Part shown: positions 11,973 through 25,085 of the stretch, one piece after another
Position numbering within the stretch: position 1 is the first letter of the stretch
Layout: each line of letters opens with the position of its first letter
Assembly: GCA_002633005.1 (NCBI GenBank)
Contig: NMRA01000363.1
Coordinates: forward strand, 62,001-126,000
From: Phoronis australis
Taxonomy: Eukaryota > Animalia > Phoronida
DNA length: 64,000 nucleotides
Direction: 5' to 3'
Made by a program: the position numbers and the translations under genes
The notes under the pieces: generated by a model
The model's database searches: none
Told to the model about the DNA's origin: nothing
Seen by the model: the letters and a program-made list of their open reading frames with translations, nothing else

Positions 11973-14900
11973 ATGCCCCGTCCCGTCGATAACCAGAGCC
12001 GACCTTTTGAGATGACGCCAGTCACTGGTGGTGCAGAAAGCGGGCTGTTCCCGGAAACAAAAGGGTGTGGCGAGTCAGAAAGGTTTGAAACCGTACTCGA
12101 TGAAATAGGAAGCTGTGGCGTGTTTCAGAAGTTATTATGTATTCTCATTAATTTGTCAGATGCCACGTGCGCCTTTGGCCTGACGATTATGATTGTCGCA
12201 GGGGCCACGCCCTCCTGGCAGTGTGGTGTGAACGGCAATGCTACATATAATGCCGTCCCTAATGCAACAAACATCAGTTCACAGTATTGTCCTACAGACG
12301 GCAGTCTTTGTTCAAATCTGACCTTCGATGATGAATTCACGTCTATCATTTCTGAGGTGAGTTACAAATCTACTACTGTGATGCGGCTATAGCTAATCGT
12401 GCATTTAGAGTGAGGTCCGTAGGATTGTAAATATTGTAGAGGGGTAAATTAAAAACTAATATATCTTTCCTAAAATGTTGCCCTGGTGGGACCAATTTTC
12501 AGATTGACTTGCGTTCTTCCGGGGAAAATTTCACGAATCTAAGTCAAAATACACAACGGAAACGCAAATTTGCTTGAAGTTGTATTTCAGGTTAGCAAAC
12601 GTTATCTAGTGCACTTTGCAATTCAGAGTCAGATGATGAAGATTAACTCAATTTTCACCCTGCATCGAAGTTCAGTTTAGAACATCATAATTTTTCAAGA
12701 TTAGCTTTTTATTTAAACGAAACCGTCTATATAATCAATCCATCTTCGTAAGTGTATCAACATGTACAGTACACGAAAAACCAATGATCGCTTGCAAGTC
12801 ATTAAACAAGAATAAATGTATTTTACATAAGGGGCCGTCACGTGGCAACATTATTAAGAAGTGTTAAAGGCANCACACATCTCGTAACCTTTCAATTAAC
12901 TGCAGGGTTTCAATTACTCGGATGCGAGATTTCTAGCTGTAAAGAATTTTAGGCTATTCCCGAAGGGATGGGCGCTTCTCAGATATGAGCAATTCTTATT
13001 CAATGCATATTGAAGCCAGGCTGATCAGACGCTCTTATGACATGAACAATCTGAATTTTTTTTTCTTAGGAAGGCTAAATTTTGTTCTGCCAGAAACAGC
13101 ACGACATCGATTCGTTCAGGTTTTCCATCTTTCTTTTTCATCAGATAAGTGTGTTAAACTTTGAGGTTCAGGTATTCCCTCATGCATACTATAGGCCTAA
13201 GTGTATGACTCGGACTCTTGGTCAAGTGTTCGTGGTTTCAACATTCTCCTTGGTAAGCTATGACATGAATTGACAACGTATCCTTTGAAAACAAAAATAC
13301 AAAAAAACTGTAACATGTTAATTCTGAAGAGTTCAACCACCGTTTCCCCTTCGCCTATTCTCCGTTTTGTGGAAACTTCCTTAATCCACTGTTTGGAAAA
13401 GGATGTCACTTCCTTCTCAGGAAATGGATCACCTGTAAGTTGATGTCTTTCTGGATCATACTGTAATATTGTCATCGTCAAGTAATCTCCTGGAAGGTGG
13501 TTTCTTTGCTAAAATCGTTCTCTTCATCCGAATCATCGCCGTCACCATCCTACCATCCAGACAATGAGACAATGGAGGGACAGTATCATGTCCTGACTGA
13601 ATTGATCCCATACCAAAAGAGGTCACCGCTGTATCCACACCAACATTTTCTTCAACTTCTTCTGCTTCTCTTTCTTGCTTGCTTGCTTGCTTAGTTTTAT
13701 CCAAGCATCCAGTGCGTATTTTGTGTGGATACTTCGTCTCTGCTCCACGTCATTGTACTTTCTTCATCCAAAGAAAATAAAAATTTTCCCTTACTGTGCA
13801 TAACTTCTCAATATTTAACAAGTTGTTTAGTCAACACTGGCGTGCACGCGCCGTGTACTCTTATAGTAATGGCTTGTTAACTTCGTCATGCGTATTAGGT
13901 TGACCCGTTTTCTTGAAGCGGGTCACTAACAACGAAAGCGTTGAGATGTTAACTTTTGCTCTACGTTCAGAAACTGAGAAATGAATACGTCGCCATGCAT
14001 GTAGGAGTGAATGTGTCGTTTATGGTAAGGAGTAAACTGGATAAGGTAAAGAAGATTTAATTCGGACACCTTTGTAAGTTAAATTAACTTACCACGGACA
14101 AAATACAATTCTGAAGTGGTGAAATACAACGTTGCACGAAAGCGTACAAATGTACATGCATCATTGCTTCCCGGGTTTTATGTGTCCCGGTTTTTACGTT
14201 ATAGTCCAGGCGTTAAGTGGGCGAGTGGGCAACGTTTATCTACAATCGCCATTTTAGGTCCACTTGACAATTTTGAGGTGTTTTTCGATCCTGATATAGG
14301 GCAAAAAATGACTGATTTGCATGCACAATTATGTCAAAATTTGACCTAATAGCGTAAATTACACACAGTCATGTCTCTGGAACCACTCGACAGAATCTCA
14401 GGATATTTGTATCAATTCTTATGTTCATGAGAGCGCCTAATTAATGTTTGACACTTTCAAGGTCATTCTAGGTCAAAGTCACGTGACGGTTTCCGGAAAA
14501 CCGCTATTTTTACACAAAAAAGTAAATAACAGTCAGAAAAGGCCCATACATGAGCAGATTATATAAGAAATATCCATACTTTGCCCAAATGATAATTTGA
14601 GTTCAGAACACTCATGAGTAACTTAAGTTTGGGGTTGCCTGATTCGCCAATAAACGAAATATTTTTATGATATGGTCCATGCGCATTACAAACGGAGCAG
14701 TTGTCAATCGATTTTTTTAGTGGTTTGGAAAGTTATGCACATTTTGAGAATGAAATTTGTGCTTCTACAACGAAGTTGAGACAAAATTCAACAACTAAAT
14801 ATTTATTCATAGCGAGTGAATGCCCCCATATGTGGGTGCCCGGGGCCGTGCCCCCCCCGCCCCTTCTGCACGCTATCTGATATTGGGCAATTTTGGAGAG

Positions 14901-17900
14901 GAAAGCACGTGTTTGAATGGAGTGGTAGCAGTTCCAAGACGTTGTGACGTCGACGATGGTGACGATGATGATGGTTAGGATGGTGATGTTGATGATGATG
15001 AGGAGGGGGATTGTGTTAATGCCACACTAATAATGATGGCGATAATGGCGACCATTAAGACAATGGTAATGATAACGGCGATCATGCCGAAAAATGTTAA
15101 TGTTTGTGATCACAACGATATGTAATAATAAGGTAATGATATTTATTCCAGTGGAAGTTATTGTGCGGCAAATCATGGGCCAGTGGCATCATCACGAGTT
15201 TGCAGATGGCAGGAGTCGCAGTGGGCGCTGCAATCGCTGGTCAACTTGGAGACATCATCGGCAGGAAGAAAGCTCTCTTCGCCGTCTACAGCGTGCTGAT
15301 ATTAGCCAATTTCTTTTCGTCTTTCTCAACAAGTGTTGAAATGTTCACAGCTTTTCGTTTTTTTGTTGGCGTTGGTGTTGGTGCCGTCTTTGTTTCGAAT
15401 TTGGTCTTACCCCTTGAATACGTTGGTAAAGATTACAGATCCTTTAGGTAAGCAACGCGTGCCCCTGTTTACACGCTAGAATAGTAACTCGCAAAATTTT
15501 AGCTTTTGTCGACAAATTACCAACGTTTGTCAAGATCATGCACCTACATTTGGTTAAGAAGTTGCCCAAGTAGTTTAAATTGCAAAGAAATCAATTATTT
15601 TCATAGTGCTCTGTTCGCATAAAGACTGAAATTTTTAAAAAACATTTTCAATAAAAGCTAACCCTGGTACCCTGGAGATTAGCGGAGTATCTTTTCTCTG
15701 CATGGCTTTAGTTTCCATTCAAAATGGCAATCCACTTTATTTCCAGTAATTTTTTCCCTGGTTTTGCTCTTGGCCTAATGGTGGTTTCGTTTATGGCCTA
15801 CTATCTTCGCGACTGGCGCCACTTGACGATTGCTGCCTCTCTTGCTGGAGTGCCTTTCTTCGCCTTATGGTGGTAAGTGACGTCATTTGTGATGTTGAGC
15901 TGTTGCTTTGTTGTTATCCTAACAGTTTAGGAAGGTAAAATGTCGTGGTATTCACCAAAATAGGAAAATATATTTTAACATCGTATCCATACATGTACAT
16001 GTGCCAAAGAGAGCTTGATCTGGATTGGAGTGAAATCACTGATTGATGTCAAAACCTGCAGGGACGACTGCGAGCTCTTGCCCTCCTGCTCCGCGCAATA
16101 ATGGAGATATCATGATCTTTAACCTGTTCTTAATATAATCTTTTACCAGTTCCAGCTGGCAGCGTTGCACAGTGTCCACTGAGATACTTTGAGGCAAGTA
16201 CCGGAACTTCAAGAGATAGCCTCACTTCCCGGAAGAGTTGGAACATTTAGCACAAAATTTTCATTGCAAGTTTGTAAAACTTGGCGTCTCCATTTACCGA
16301 TCCTACTACGCATGTGCTAATTGTCGTGTTATGGCAATCCTCTCTTCTCGCCGACTACTGCTTAAAATCAGACAAATGGTTTTATTATGTGCATTCGCTT
16401 TGGTATCTTTTCAGGTTTGTTCCCGAAAGTGTGCGGTGGCTTCTCACGAGAGGTCGCTATGAAGATGCTAAAAACATTATAAAACGCATTGCTAGGATCA
16501 ATGGTCGACCAAAACCAAACCAAAGCACTTTTGAGCAACTGGAAAGCCTCGTTGAGCACGAAATAGAAGAGGTTGGGACAGGAAAGAAATACACGGTCTT
16601 AGATCTGCTGCGTTCGTGGCCGCACCTGAAGATGACGCTGTTACTGGGAACGATATGGTAAGAATATTGTGACAAACAACAAGACGATATTGATACAGTA
16701 TGTGCACCAAAACTTTCAGTCACGAATTGTTCCATTCTTGTATCGTGAGTAGTTTTGTTATTAACTGTACTCAGTGCCATGTCGCTAAGTCTTCCTGCTC
16801 ACCTCCATCACTAGCTGTTGCCGAATCCCAAACAATGAATAGAAGCCATTCTGGAGCAGCATTAACTGACTACGCACAAAAATGAGACCCGTAACGAGAT
16901 ACCAATATCGACGGTTGCCAGTGGGAAATAGGGTTCCTGTAGCGCCTCATTTCAAGCATGCGTGAGATTGCTCTATTTTGGTAATCCATGCAATTTATTC
17001 AATTCAACAGATTGTTTTGGGCCAGCACAGACAAAGAGCTGCGCACCATCTACGTATGTAAATGAACTAAGGTCATAGCTCACGTCTGTTGCTTAATAAA
17101 CCGTGACGATTTTGTCACGCTCGCTCATTATAACTTCGTGTGCTCCATCTCCGCTGTTTACTGGGAACGTATGTGGAGTTCAGGGGTCAGTTGCTGGTGA
17201 AATTTTGATGGCATGAAGCACAAAACAGCTCAGCCCACAGTTTTCCGTTGGCGCTGTCAATGAATGTCGGCTGAATCCCACAGTATTGGTATTAGCCTCA
17301 CTCTGTCTCTTCCAGGTTCGCCTGTTCCCATGTTTACTACGGTCTGACCTTTGGTGTAAAAAACCTGCCAGGTGACCGTTATATCAACATGTTACTCAAT
17401 GCAGCCATAGATGTACCCGCATTTCTCGGTTTACCTCTCAGCTACAAGTAAGGAGTGATGTAACGCAAAGTGTAATACTAACGGAATCGGTGACGTATGT
17501 GATTGTCTCACTCTCTGGCTAGTTGGCATTTGAAAGTTGTGTCAAAGATACTATAAAATCTTTGCTTGTGTTTTGGAATTAAGTATCCCATTGGAAATGA
17601 ATGCCAATCCTCGCTGAAATAAATTTAAAATGCCATAAACGAAATCTCACCTGGGGCAAAGGTTTCAGGCTACGCAGAGTTTCGGCACCATTGGGGTAAA
17701 TACTAATGTTTGTTTATTTTGCTATATTTTCTGTGTACTCGTTTTCCATAGTTTTGCACGAATGGCTGTAGGGTCTGCAGCCCGTAAGTCCTTCACAGGG
17801 CTTCAATAAGTCATTGGTGTGTTTATTATTGTTTTCATATAATCTGAAATAAAATGCACTTACTATGTTAAGCGCGTTAAAATATTTACATGTAAGTGAC

Positions 17901-20900
17901 AGGATCTAATCTTTTTACTCCTAGATTGAAATCGAAATTAATTTTGGCATTTTCTATCATTCTTCTTTTATTCCCACTCAAAATAAGTGTCAATTAGACT
18001 GTGTTTGAGTATGCAATGACTTACGTGGATAACTGTCTAATCCTATCTTGTGCTAAAACCAACCCATCACCAAGGGTAAAAGTTCGAGTCTAAACTCGAA
18101 ATTTTTGACTGAATCTTTACTTGAGTTTTTGACTCGAATCTAGGGTTTCTGAAAGTAAACTTGGACTAGAAACAAACACACTTGAAGTAACCATTATGTA
18201 CTTGAGCACACCGTAATAGATATTCATTTTGAGTTAGTGCCATAGTAGAAGGGAAAAGGCCAAAAATAATTTTGTGTGCGATTTGAGTTGTAGAAAGACT
18301 AGATCCCGACTCCAAAATTGACCTGTCGCCATGATTTTGAGTGGCGACTTAACTGACCAATCAGAACGGAGCATTCGTAACATACATTCCAAGCCGCCAT
18401 GTTACCGGACAAACAACACGTTGTCACGTAAAACTCATTGTTTGTTTGTACTGTGACTAAAAAATTTCGCAAAGGGGCGGAGCTTGCGCTACGTCAATTC
18501 ATACGTAGAAGCTGTGTTATACTTATTCTTTAGGATTGGTCGTCGGTACGCCGTTGGTGCGCTCTTTGTTGTTGCGCTCATAGGGACCTTGACGATACCG
18601 ATTATGGATTGGGCAGGTGAGATTTATTTACCAATGTCACGTGATACGTGTAAGACAGTGCATTTTAATACACTTAAGATGAGTAGGTCACCAAAGTTTA
18701 CTATATTGGAACTTTGGAGAAAGTCAACTTTTCTGCTCAGCGTGAATTTCACTCTGTTCAGTACCGTTACCCATGTGCCACAATAGTACTTATTTGTTAG
18801 TTTAGTACTCATTTGTTAGTTTGGTACCAAAGTGTCAATGTACACATGACGCGTTATTGTACGTTAGTACCTGTGTGTAACCATTTTTGTGTTGAGGCTT
18901 GCACTTCATTACTTCCTATTGATGTCGACTTGACGGTTACAGGGTACCAGGATCCTACGGCAGTCACAGCTATATCGTTAGTGGCTAAGTTAGGTCTTAA
19001 TGGCAGCTGGCTGGTGATGATGTTGGCTACAGCCGAGCACTATCCCACTGTAATCAGGTAATGGGTGCAACCTTTACACTTTATTCCTTTTGCCCGTGAG
19101 AGTCATGTCAGTGACCAGGTCGAAGAACGTATTTGGTTCCACACTTGCACACCCACACATTTTAAATTTTTTTAACCTTTTTGTTCAAAATTCACACAAA
19201 CACATCCAAGCAAGCTTTAAGAGACACCAATTTCACATCAAAAACATTAAAAAACAATCCCACCAGTCGATCAACTGTCAAATTAGGCCACCCGCAAACA
19301 CCACCAGACGATACGTTAAATAGGTGAACATCAGTTGCGAACTTTTATTGGTCGAAACATGTTACGTAACGCGGGGACAACCAATCACAACACTTCTCAT
19401 CCTTTATTGCTCTTAGTGTAAAAAGTCGTCAAAAGTTGTTGCTCGTTTTCCCGCGGCTTATAGTATAATAAGGAATGGCGTGGCGTTTCGTTTTTGGTGG
19501 TTGTGACAACAAAGTATTTAACCCCGCTTTGTCTCCTTTCACTTTCCCGCGAGACATCAGGGGAGCGCTGATATGGCACGAGATTGTACAATAAAATCGC
19601 GTGTTGATGTACATGACGCTGGCGTTGGGTACGTTCTCACGTCACGGTGATGTCCGTGAAGCTAAGAAATTTTCAACTGAAGTCGTTTTTTGGGATACTG
19701 AATGCTATACAGGAGGCTCAAGTGATATCAGAATTCAAAACAAGTTGAATGGTGGCATGGTTTTAAGCACTTGAATTGCGTCATTGCTGACCATCAATGA
19801 CTGAAAACAGGGTGTCTCACGTGCGCTAAGAAGAACAGCACCCCCCCCCCGTCCCCCACCACCTTTGCTGAAGAAAACAACTAACCATTACCAGTCGTGC
19901 TTCTTCGTCTAACTTATTCTCAAAAACTTGAGTGGAGACAGTCCACTAAGCTGATGCTGTTCTCATTTTCAAGAATTTTTCATTAGAATAAAAATGTTAC
20001 TCTTCTATATTTCAAATATGAACGCGTTTCTGTAATAATGGTCCTATTGTTCTGGTATAGCCTTCATAACACACAGACGGCCAATAGGTGCACAAAAATA
20101 TCGAAGCTAGAGATAAGTTCACGCGTGATTCTACAAGTAATTTTAGGTATTTTTTCATAACAGATATTCATCATACCCTTCATCCATGGACTATTACACC
20201 CTTAAATGTACATTAATTCCCTGTCTGATCCCCTTTCTCGCGATTTCAGAAATATAGGAGTTGGAACTTGCAGCACGGTGGGCAGAGTCGGATCAATTAT
20301 TTCTCCCTTGGTTATTGAGCTGGTAAGTACTACCTGCTGGCCACCAGTTGATCGATGTCACAATAGGGACGAAACATGGTGACGTCACATCCCTAGCAAA
20401 TGCTATCAATTTGAGACAAACAAAATGGCGTTGGCCTATTCCCTAGCACTAGCGTATTTGTTCAAACCAACAAAATTCAACAAAACGAACTTTTTAAAAT
20501 CAGAACTCATGTCACAGCATCCTGCAAACCATTTACATGAGCTTATTAACCATCTGTGTTCTAAGACAGAGTGTAAATGGTGATTTTGCAGTCGTATTAA
20601 AACTTTTCACCTAATGTAATTTCGATGATGGAGAAGTGGAAAGGGTTAGAACCAGTTAAGATAGGGCGATATCTCCTAGAATGACCCTGTAAAGTGGCGT
20701 CACAAAGGCACTTTCCGTCCCTTCAGTATTCTACAATCTGACATTGTCCATTTGTCAATACGAGGGTAAATTCCGTGGAGCAATTTTTCGAGTGTTTGTC
20801 TAGGTCGCGCAAGATCATACAAGATTTGGCCCCGGGGTCTAGTCTTTTTACTCGAAATTATTTTGGCGTTTTCTATTCACATGGTTTACTAGGTATTTTT

Positions 20901-21678
20901 GCGATTTGTACGTAAAAATTTCGAATTTCTATTGATATCGAAGCATTTTTCTTTTAGTTTCAAATTTAAAAACAATCTGTCAACTGCTCGCTACTTCTTC
21001 GATTTTTCTTCCACAAAGAAAAGCACGTTTCCTTATTTGGTATGGGAAAACGTAGACGTAGCACATTTCCCTTATATGGAAAATGTGACCTTTGATTTGA
21101 ACAAAACAGTGGCTTCTTTGATCGCATGCGCGCATATATAGGCGGAGAATTTGAAGTTGTATTGAGGTGAAATGGTTAATATTTCGTCTGTGCTGTAAAA
21201 GTTACGTATAGTGAATCTGTCAATTTTTAAAGAAGTTCTTGCACCATTCAAAGTGAATAACTCTCATGTTAGAATCTCCAAGAAGTAGACTTGCCACGAT
21301 CTCGTTAAAAGGTATTTTTACGAGTTTTCGTGTTCCTTGCCTCTTTAAGACATGACGTATTTACGTAGCGTAAATATTGTCCGCTACTCAAATTCTAGAT
21401 ACAAAAACGAAGGTCTTATATTTTTTTCTTACTTTTAAAAGATAATATTTTTTGATGAATGGGTTGTGCTGCACAGAGATCTTTTCTATACCACAATACC
21501 ATTGATTTTTTATTTTCAGCACGAGTATTCCATCTCGGTCCCCTACGTTGTATTCAGTCTATTGATACTCGCTTCTTTGTTGTGCGTCTACTTACTTGGT
21601 GAAACGCGCTACATGAACCTGGAGGACTTTATGGTCACTACGAGTATTAACAACGATAGTAAGAAACAAGAAGCCTAA
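11973..21678 (+). CDS. SLC22 / organic cation transporter-like MFS protein, 9 coding exons
   Basis: Exons 11973-12356, 15152-15447, 15747-15872, 16415-16657, 17316-17447, 18534-18616, 18943-19057, 20250-20322, 21520-21678, all GT-AG and phase-compatible. Motifs: FETVLDEIGSCGVFQ, SIISEWKLLC, GDIIGRKK, LRDWRHL, VPESVRWLL, IGRR, EHYPTVIRNIGVG, LGETR. Confidence 0.92.
14950..15090. repeat. Imperfect (GAT/GGT/AAT)n trinucleotide tract
   Basis: GACGATGGTGACGATGATGATGG...GATGATGATGAGG upstream of the SLC22 exon 2 acceptor. Confidence 0.55.
17902..18306. mobile_element. Palindromic (foldback-like) MITE, same family as 44321-44721
   Basis: GGATCTAATCTTT ... AAAGACTAGATCC ends with internal symmetry. 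The central AAGTTCGAGT.T.AACTCGAAATTT is shared with the 44321 copy, and an end fragment lies at ~20830-20880. Confidence 0.7.
20875..21344. mobile_element. Left-truncated copy of the Kolobok-type MITE at 1947-2485
   Basis: Shared blocks TTTTAGTTTCAAATT..TCAACTGCTCGC..CCTTATTTGGTA..GGAAAATGTGACCTTTGA; ends GCCTCT-TTAA (21345-21348). Confidence 0.7.
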
Positions 21679-21894
21679 ATGCTTCGTCTTGTCATACCCT
21701 AACGTGAAATGGCGTAATACCATAGATTAATCACTCCAGTTGGATATTGAAAGTGTAGTCATACTGTAGCTTGCATATCACACTCGAATAGAACGTCAAA
21801 TAATAGCTAGCGCACTTCGAAATTGCGGTCGCGTGAACACACAATACGGCAAATGGAACTGCATAGAAATCAAGCTCTTCAAAAGAACTTATTC

Positions 21895-22134
21895 CATGCG
21901 CGCACCCCAGGGGGCTCGAAACGAGCCCCACCCCCCACATTTGGCGGAGTGGGCAAAAAGGTCCACTTCAAAGAAACAAAAAGTCCGTGAAAACGAGACA
22001 AAAGTACACTCGAAAGGCGCGAATGCAGTGGTTCCCCGTTTTTCTAGTCCCTCGTATTTTTTTGTTAGTAAAAGTTCCGCAGTGCCAAAAATTCGAGCCC
22101 CCCCGCTCTATATGTTAGGCTGGGTGATTGCATG
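21895..22134. mobile_element. CATG..CATG MITE with 5-bp TSD TATTC
   Basis: TATTC|CATGCGCGCACCC ... GGGTGATTGCATG|TATTC; homologous to 23483-23722. Confidence 0.75.
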
Positions 22135-22204
22135 TATTCACTTGAAGATTTGAGTTTGTAAATTCACTCTGCCATTTGCATTTTTGTGAACTCGTGAATT
22201 GAAG

Positions 22205-22349
22205 CATTCATTTGGCTCATTGGCTGGCATTCGGGCAACTATAAATTATATTAGACGTCATTAGGTCAAAATCTGAGGGTACAAGATGGCAGACTATTTG
22301 ATTCATTGTTGTCAGAAGAAAAAAAAGAGGCGACATATAACCGGTAAGA
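22205..22349 (+). promoter_or_regulatory. Promoter-like cluster and candidate first exon
   Basis: ATTGG (reverse CCAAT), TATAAAT, GACGTCA, YY1-like AAGATGGC (22283), then a canonical donor CCG|GTAAGA at 22344. Confidence 0.35.
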
Positions 22350-23150
22350 CCATTTATCCTTACCTAAATTTATCAAGTGAATTCAATTTGATTACTTCTA
22401 GAACAGTCAACTAGTATTTTTCTCTTATTTCTTTGATTCGTGTCCTTTTCACACATTTGTGAAAAAAATTTCGTTGGTCCTTCAGCTCTGTTCCAAAGCT
22501 GAGTATTGGCTAGAATTCATAGACGTTTTTAATCTTTGGAAATGCGTTGGTGTTGGCGATTGTGAAATGACATGAGTCTAAAGACCTAGTGTTTTGGCAT
22601 CCGACTCTGAAGAGGGGGTTGTATAGGTGTTTACTAAGTGGCAATACAGTTATTATCTACCACTTTAATAGAGTTGATGGTCCAACGGAGTGTTTTTCAT
22701 CACTCGGTGAAATGGACTTAAACCAAAGGAGTGGGAGGAAAATTCTCGTTCTGTGTGTTAATAACCAAATCAAATTCCCTTGACAAGTTTATAAAATCCG
22801 CAAACGGTCTTGCCGGTTATATTTTTCTTCTTTTTACCTCCCTCTATAAGGCAATGAAACAAATCGTCAGCCATCTTCTACCCTTAATTTTTTTGCCTAC
22901 GTCATGTGGTGACCCGCATGCCAACCAATGAGTCCAGTGAATGCTATGTAGTTCATGAGGTCATCGATATGTTAAAAAATGTAAATGGCGGAGTGACAAG
23001 CGAAAAGTAAAAAGGCGTTTGTCTCACCCTCGCCAGTCCTAACACTTTGATCTCCGTGCTAGGAGTACTTATGTTACCCCGTTTTTTCTGTGGAGAACGT
23101 TTACTCATGTCTGAAATTTACTGACCTCGCAAACCACCAGCATAATTAAA

Positions 23151-25085
23151 ATGAAAGCGACAAGACCTTTTCTGTGCCTGGTGACACCCAGCAAGTTTGC
23201 TACATCAACCACCTTCTTGTTGGTAAAGGAAAATATCACGGACACTTGCAGACACATATTCACGGTGTTCTTCATAGAAGACACACTGAAAACGAACCTT
23301 TTCCTAAACCGTCTATTATCAAGGTTCAAGCAACATCAAATCCAGATTTGCCACAACCGTGGTCATAATCATGCAGCAGGCAACTATTGTTGAGGCCTTG
23401 TTTTATGTGCAGTTTCCTGAAGAAGCTTTCAACAGATATACAATTTTACAATAGAGATCTCAGTGAGGTCAACTTTTTTATGCATGCACGCACCCAGGGG
23501 TGGGGTCGGGGGCTCGAACGAACCGCCCTATTTGGTGAAGTGGGCAAAAAGGTCCGCCTCAGGGAAAGAAAACGAGACAAAAGTCTACTGAAAAAGCAGG
23601 AACTACCCAAATAAGGCGAATGCATAATTCACAGCTGTGAACGAATCATCCCGTTTTGCTTAATAAAAGGTACACATTCTCAAAAATTCGAGCCCCCCAC
23701 TTTTAGGCTGGGTGCGCGCATGCGATGTTCATGTAGTGGTGAAGAAGATAGCTCAAGCAATTACTGATCAAGCACGAGCTAGAAACGAAACAGTGGGAAT
23801 AGTGAATTCCCTGATGAGACTTGCACTGGCTTGAGCCAGACATGGACATGTTCTTGATCACAACACTCTGCTAACTCGACTGCTACATTCCAACTCACTT
23901 GCCATCAATTGCTTGAGCTCAAGTGTTACTACATCCGCTACCTTTTTCTTGACTCCATGCAAGTTGTGTCCGATTTCAAGTTAAAGTAATGTTGAACTTG
24001 ATGAGCCTCACGGCATAAAGCCGGACCTGGTCCCAAGTGGAATCGACAGGACTCCATTGCCCGTTGCAAGAGATGGCAACTCTGCGGCACAGATTGTCTA
24101 CAATCCTGGTTCAACGTCACAAGGATCTGGCATCAAGGGACTGGTTAACGTAAAATATAGAGTTGAATACTTGCATCTCGTTCTTTGTACATTATTTCTC
24201 TAACTCCAAAAGATCACTGTTCTTTGGCTGTATTGAATCGTCAGATTTACTTTGTTATAGACATCAGCGGTTCCATGTCTGGTGAGAAAATGAATAAGAC
24301 ACGGGCTGCGCTGGAGATCATCTTAAAACTGTCAAAACCTTCAAACCAGTTCGGCTCCTTTGATCAGAAAGTTGTTGAGTGGAAATCCAAGTTAAGTAGC
24401 GCATCGGGGGACAACATAGACAATGCGCTGTCTTACTGTTCTCCCGAACTGCTGGCGTTTTTTCCAATGTTTGTGATGATATAGAACGGGCCGTGTAGCT
24501 ACGAGTCTTGTAGTGTCTGCCAGTGATAACCACGCACCTTGTGTTGTACTTTTAACAGCTGGCCAGCCGAACGCAGGCACGTTTTCCGAACCCAATGGGA
24601 TACAGTGGGAGTTAGGGACGATCAACGAAAAGCAGATACCCATTTAGTCTTCTTGCTGGCATTGTCACATGAAATTGGGGGATGTGCGAAAATTTGACGG
24701 TATTTACGATCGCCAAAACATAGTTGAGCAACTTCAAATTTTCTAGTCATAGCTTCCCCAGGGCTGAAAATCTAGACATTCACGGTCTACCCAAAACTTG
24801 CGGTTTCGAGCAAGAAAATGAGCTTGTTCAAAACTTCCCAATATTCTGACGGTTCTGAAGTTGTAATTGTTGGCAAACTGTTCCCCAGTGCGCCGCAGAA
24901 TCATGATCAGGGTGCCGGTTGGTTTCAGTGTCCAGCTGGCGTGAGTAGGAGTTTATAACGTCAGTAACGAGTGCTTCACTTGAAGAGTGTGATTTGGTGG
25001 AGCGTGTCTACGCAAGCAAATGGAGCGCTTTCGTTGTTATTTCATAACCAGATACATTAACTTCAAAAAAGCGTTTTGTGACACG
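23151..25085 (+). pseudogene. Intronless inter-alpha-trypsin inhibitor heavy chain (ITIH)-like pseudogene (VIT + VWA domains)
   Basis: Collinear motifs in shifting frames: IKSRFATTVV, KKIAQAITDQARARNETVGIV, FQLTCHQLL, PMQVVSDF..DEPHGI, FVHYFS, IYFVIDISGSMSGEKM (MIDAS DxSxS), LTAGQPN, DGSEVVIVGKL, VERVYA, RFVT. Many frameshifts and stops, and a MITE inserted in VIT. Confidence 0.85.
23483..23722. mobile_element. CATG..CATG MITE inserted in the ITIH-like pseudogene
   Basis: CATGCACGCACCCAG ... CTGGGTGCGCGCATG TIRs; homologous to 21895-22134. The flanks TTATG/CGATG match only partly. Confidence 0.75.

Noticed and set aside
12873-12873. Single N base
   Set aside because: Assembly ambiguity or gap marker, not biology; it makes the SLC22 intron 1 length uncertain.
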